Shown one piece after another: positions 60,685-64,000 of a stretch of DNA of 64,000 nucleotides; the stretch's first letter is position 1, and every line of letters starts with the position of its first letter. The position numbers and the translations under genes are program-made. Source of the DNA: Styela clava (Eukaryota); NCBI RefSeq assembly GCF_964204865.1, contig NC_135257.1:15872001-15936000 (forward strand), read 5' to 3'. A model generated the notes under the pieces. That model saw nothing but the letters and a program-made list of their open reading frames with translations, had not been told where the DNA came from and ran no database searches.

Positions 60685-61416
60685 CAGGATTATCTAGGAA
60701 ACGGAAACCAAAAATTTCTTAACTATCTCTAAAACAAATATTTGATGTTATTTGCGCTTGAACTTCTGTTTGCGTATGATTATACTAAGAAGTTTTGCAA
60801 AATTTTTAACCACTCACTTAGTTTTCTGCTGAAGCGCACCTTCTGCTGTCAGGCCATGGAAATGAAAGAGATCAAACGGTGAAATCAGAACATTACGTAG
60901 TTGTGCTGAGAAAAATCTGGACATGACTTGAGGGATTGATATATGTGACCAGCAGTGGTTCCAGCATGTCGGGGCGAACCCTCCTCCAATACATCAAATC
61001 AGACGCCTGCATTCTTGAGGGAAAACCGGTCAGCATTGATATCCACTTTAATTATTGGACTGAAACCTCTCAGATTTAGATCTGTAGGGTGTTCGAAGGA
61101 CAATTTGTATCAGGACAATCCTCACGATTATTAAACTCAAGGCTGCAATTGCAGAGATAAAATAGAGAAATAGCCAAAGAAGAGTGATTGACAATGTTGC
61201 AAAAAGAATGCAACTGTTTCTTCAATGTCGAGAAGAGCAGTTGGAACATATTCTAGGAACAACATAATTTTTGCTCAGCACATCCTCGATTTTCCGATAC
61301 TTTTGGGTCGAAACATGCGCAAACAGAAGTTCAAGTCTAGACAAAATTGAATAATTCACTCCATTTCGTAGAAGTAATTGAGAAATTGCTGGTTTTGTTT
61401 TTTGGGGATCACGCTG
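60685..61416 (+). pseudogene. Internally deleted Tc1/mariner-superfamily transposon with decayed transposase C-terminus
   Basis: Inverted repeats (CTTGAACTTCTGTTTGCGTATG near 60757; CATGCGCAAACAGAAGTTCAAG near 61314); right end GATCACGCTG|TA. Frameshifted translation TVKSEHYVVVLRKIW..QQWFQHVGANP..KDNLYQDNP..KAAIAE..VIDNVAKRMQLFLQCREEQLEHIL resembles the WFQQDGA / LK..VY.NNP / GGHLEH motifs. Confidence 0.7.
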
Positions 61417-64000
61417 TATAACACTGTTTTTAATATATAAATCAGTTAAATAGGCTGCTTAACTCTTTGAACCCTGAAAGCCGCTATAGCGGCTTTCCCG
61501 AGAAAGTCTTCTGACTCTGAAAGCCGCTTTAGCGACTTTCGCATCCCGTAAGAGTTATGCAACTTTGAAACCTCATATCTCGCGAACCATATATTATATT
61601 TAGACAAGTTTTACATCGTGTGAAAGATAATCTACAGGACTAAGTATAATTTCAAAATTGAGATAAATTATTGTGATCATCTTATGAAAATTGGCAACAT
61701 CAAAAAGCATAAAAAACTTCTGGAAATTGCTCAAATCAATTGACAAAACTTCAATTTGTTTTCGAATAAACCTGGTACATTATCGACAACATTTGTAGAA
61801 TTTGAAGATAGCTTTCCAGTGATACCATTAGATTGAAGTTATGTCGCACCATTCAAATTTTAGAAGCATTTTTCTTCGTGATTTTGTTTGTCGCAAGATC
61901 GAGGCGACGTCAAGGTGACGTAAATAACGACCTAACACATTTACGCCGTTTCGCAGCGACGTTAAGCAATTACGTTGGCACGTAGCACGTTTACGTTCCC
62001 TATGAAATAGACTTTTCCTCGCATGCTCGTAACGTCATTTACTTAAGTTCGTACTCGTGAAGCGACTAACGACTTGTAAACGATACACGGGGAAATTTAC
62101 GCATTACATTCAGCCTCAAAATATGTTCGACTAAAACACACAATATGCAGTGTTAGTGCCGTTTTATTGCATAAAGATATGAAATATATGAATAGCAAAA
62201 ATAAGGATTTCTAAAAACGGAATGATGGAACATATCGATGGATGCATTGTTTAGCGACATTGCTGAATTTTATTGTGCCATATTTTCTTCTTTCGGTAGA
62301 TGAATACTATCCAATATTTCATCTGGACAAAGCTTTCGTTTAAAATTCATTGTAAATATAGCGATATCAGGAATGTAGCGTACATGCAGTAATTTCGAAA
62401 ATCTAATGAAGCCGCAAAATGTAAAACGCTGACCAGGTGAACTACTGGTGCCACCATGTCTTCCGTGTACCCGTTATCAGTTTTTTTTTTATTCAATTTT
62501 CATGATATCCAACGGTGAATAATTAGCCTTGATGTTTCCGGCGGAACCTCATAATTGCATGAGGATCAAATATTTCGTTTTGGCCATTCATTTTCGTCCC
62601 ATATCCAAATAATAAACGTATATAGAATGGCCTTTATATTCTAGCAATTTTACTATGTTCGATCAAAATTCGTCTGAATATAAGGGTTTTATCTGCGGCC
62701 GAGGATATGATACTGATGCAATGATGACACAATCTGAACTCAAGCTGTGAACGACCAGATGTGCAATTGCGCAATATACCTCACGCAAAGCGTCACGCAC
62801 GAAACGTCACATGAACGTTGTTACGACAATGTCGTCGCCGCCCTTTGCGTCGTTACGCAAACTTGGCGTGAAAAATAGTTGATCAATTTTGTTCGCAAAC
62901 CATTTGAATCGATAGTACAAATTCTGCAATAGAATGAGTTATGCGTATGATAAGAAAGTCATCCGTATATTATCCGAAAGGTAATTTTGTATACTTTTCA
63001 AAATTTGACTTATATTGATGATACATTTCTAAAAAAGGTATTAAATATTACCAAAATACAAAAAATTAGTAGATGGGACTAAAAATAGGCTTACACATCT
63101 CATTAAAACATCTCGTGAAAAATAATGCCAGTTAAAAATAAAAGACTAGATAAGCTTTTATATGACATATTACAGACCATCTGATATCTAATGGTTCAGA
63201 AGTTATTTTGATTTGAAATTAGGGATATTACAATTTTTTAACGCGTCAAATCGATGCGAAGCCGTGGGAGGTCAGGGTGAGCAATGACATTAAACAACAT
63301 GATGCGCAACTCCGGCATTTTTGTCCGAAGATCGTATTCGATAGCACGCTCCAATGCACATACTTGACGAGACGAAAACGAGCGGATGTGTGCTGCTTTC
63401 AAGGCGTAGCACGAATGGTGTTCGTGCCTGCTGTGACAGTTGTTGTCGATTTTAATGATATTTTTGAAAGTTAGGGTAAAAAGAAATCGGTAAAAGGTAA
63501 GGTGAATACTATTGTTGTATATCACACCCGGGCATCGCACTGTTAAGTACATGTGGGAAAGCCAGCCTTTGTCAAATACTACGAAGTTATTAATTCAGTA
63601 CGGTACGTAGTTGCCCATTTGCCGAAATTACATATTTACTTACTCCTTATGGTTTCAAATAGTTCATGCACCTCCAGTTAGATTTTTTTAATCAGTGAGG
63701 ATATATACTCATTGTTGATTGCTGCTCATTGTAACATACTATTACGCATTCACTTTTATTTGCGTATTGAATCAAATTGTTAACAAGTTCACCTAACATT
63801 TCACTCATACCGGTCTATATTGTATAGTCTGATTTCTCAAGTATTTGGAGCCACGAATGCTTGTAATTTTCTGACTAAACCCTTTTATTAGTTGGTTTAT
63901 TTTCCAAAATTCAGTAAAATATTTTTTAAATAAAACATGAGATATTGGATTTATTAGCTTTTCCATTCTGAATCATATAGACTGCTTTATTTATTCTTAA

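Overview
AT-rich, intron-rich metazoan DNA, not prokaryotic. Gene content, compact introns and the repeat spectrum suggest an invertebrate chordate such as an ascidian (inference only). I reconstructed four + strand multi-exon genes by hand from GT-AG exons. (1) The 3' part of a Fat4/Fat-type giant cadherin: cadherin repeats, EGF, 2 LamG, TM, and a tail ending EKYV (374-21110). (2) Nemo-like kinase NLK (23527-33009), probably with a long 3'UTR. (3,4) A tandem pair of secreted modular trypsin-like serine proteases built from ShKT and thrombospondin type-1 modules (38133-48110 and 50369-59730). The pair shares an unusual extra-cysteine pattern, and the first gene has a candidate alternative membrane-anchor first exon interrupted by an in-frame TGA. 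Introns and spacers are dense with non-autonomous DNA transposons (hAT-like, Merlin-like, Harbinger-like, TA-flanked, some nested), a tRNA-derived SINE family, a decayed Tc1/mariner transposase and short tandem duplications. No rRNA, intact tRNA or CRISPR is seen. Most ORFs in the supplied track are exon fragments running into introns, or spurious. All exon boundaries and family labels come from reading the sequence, not from database searches.
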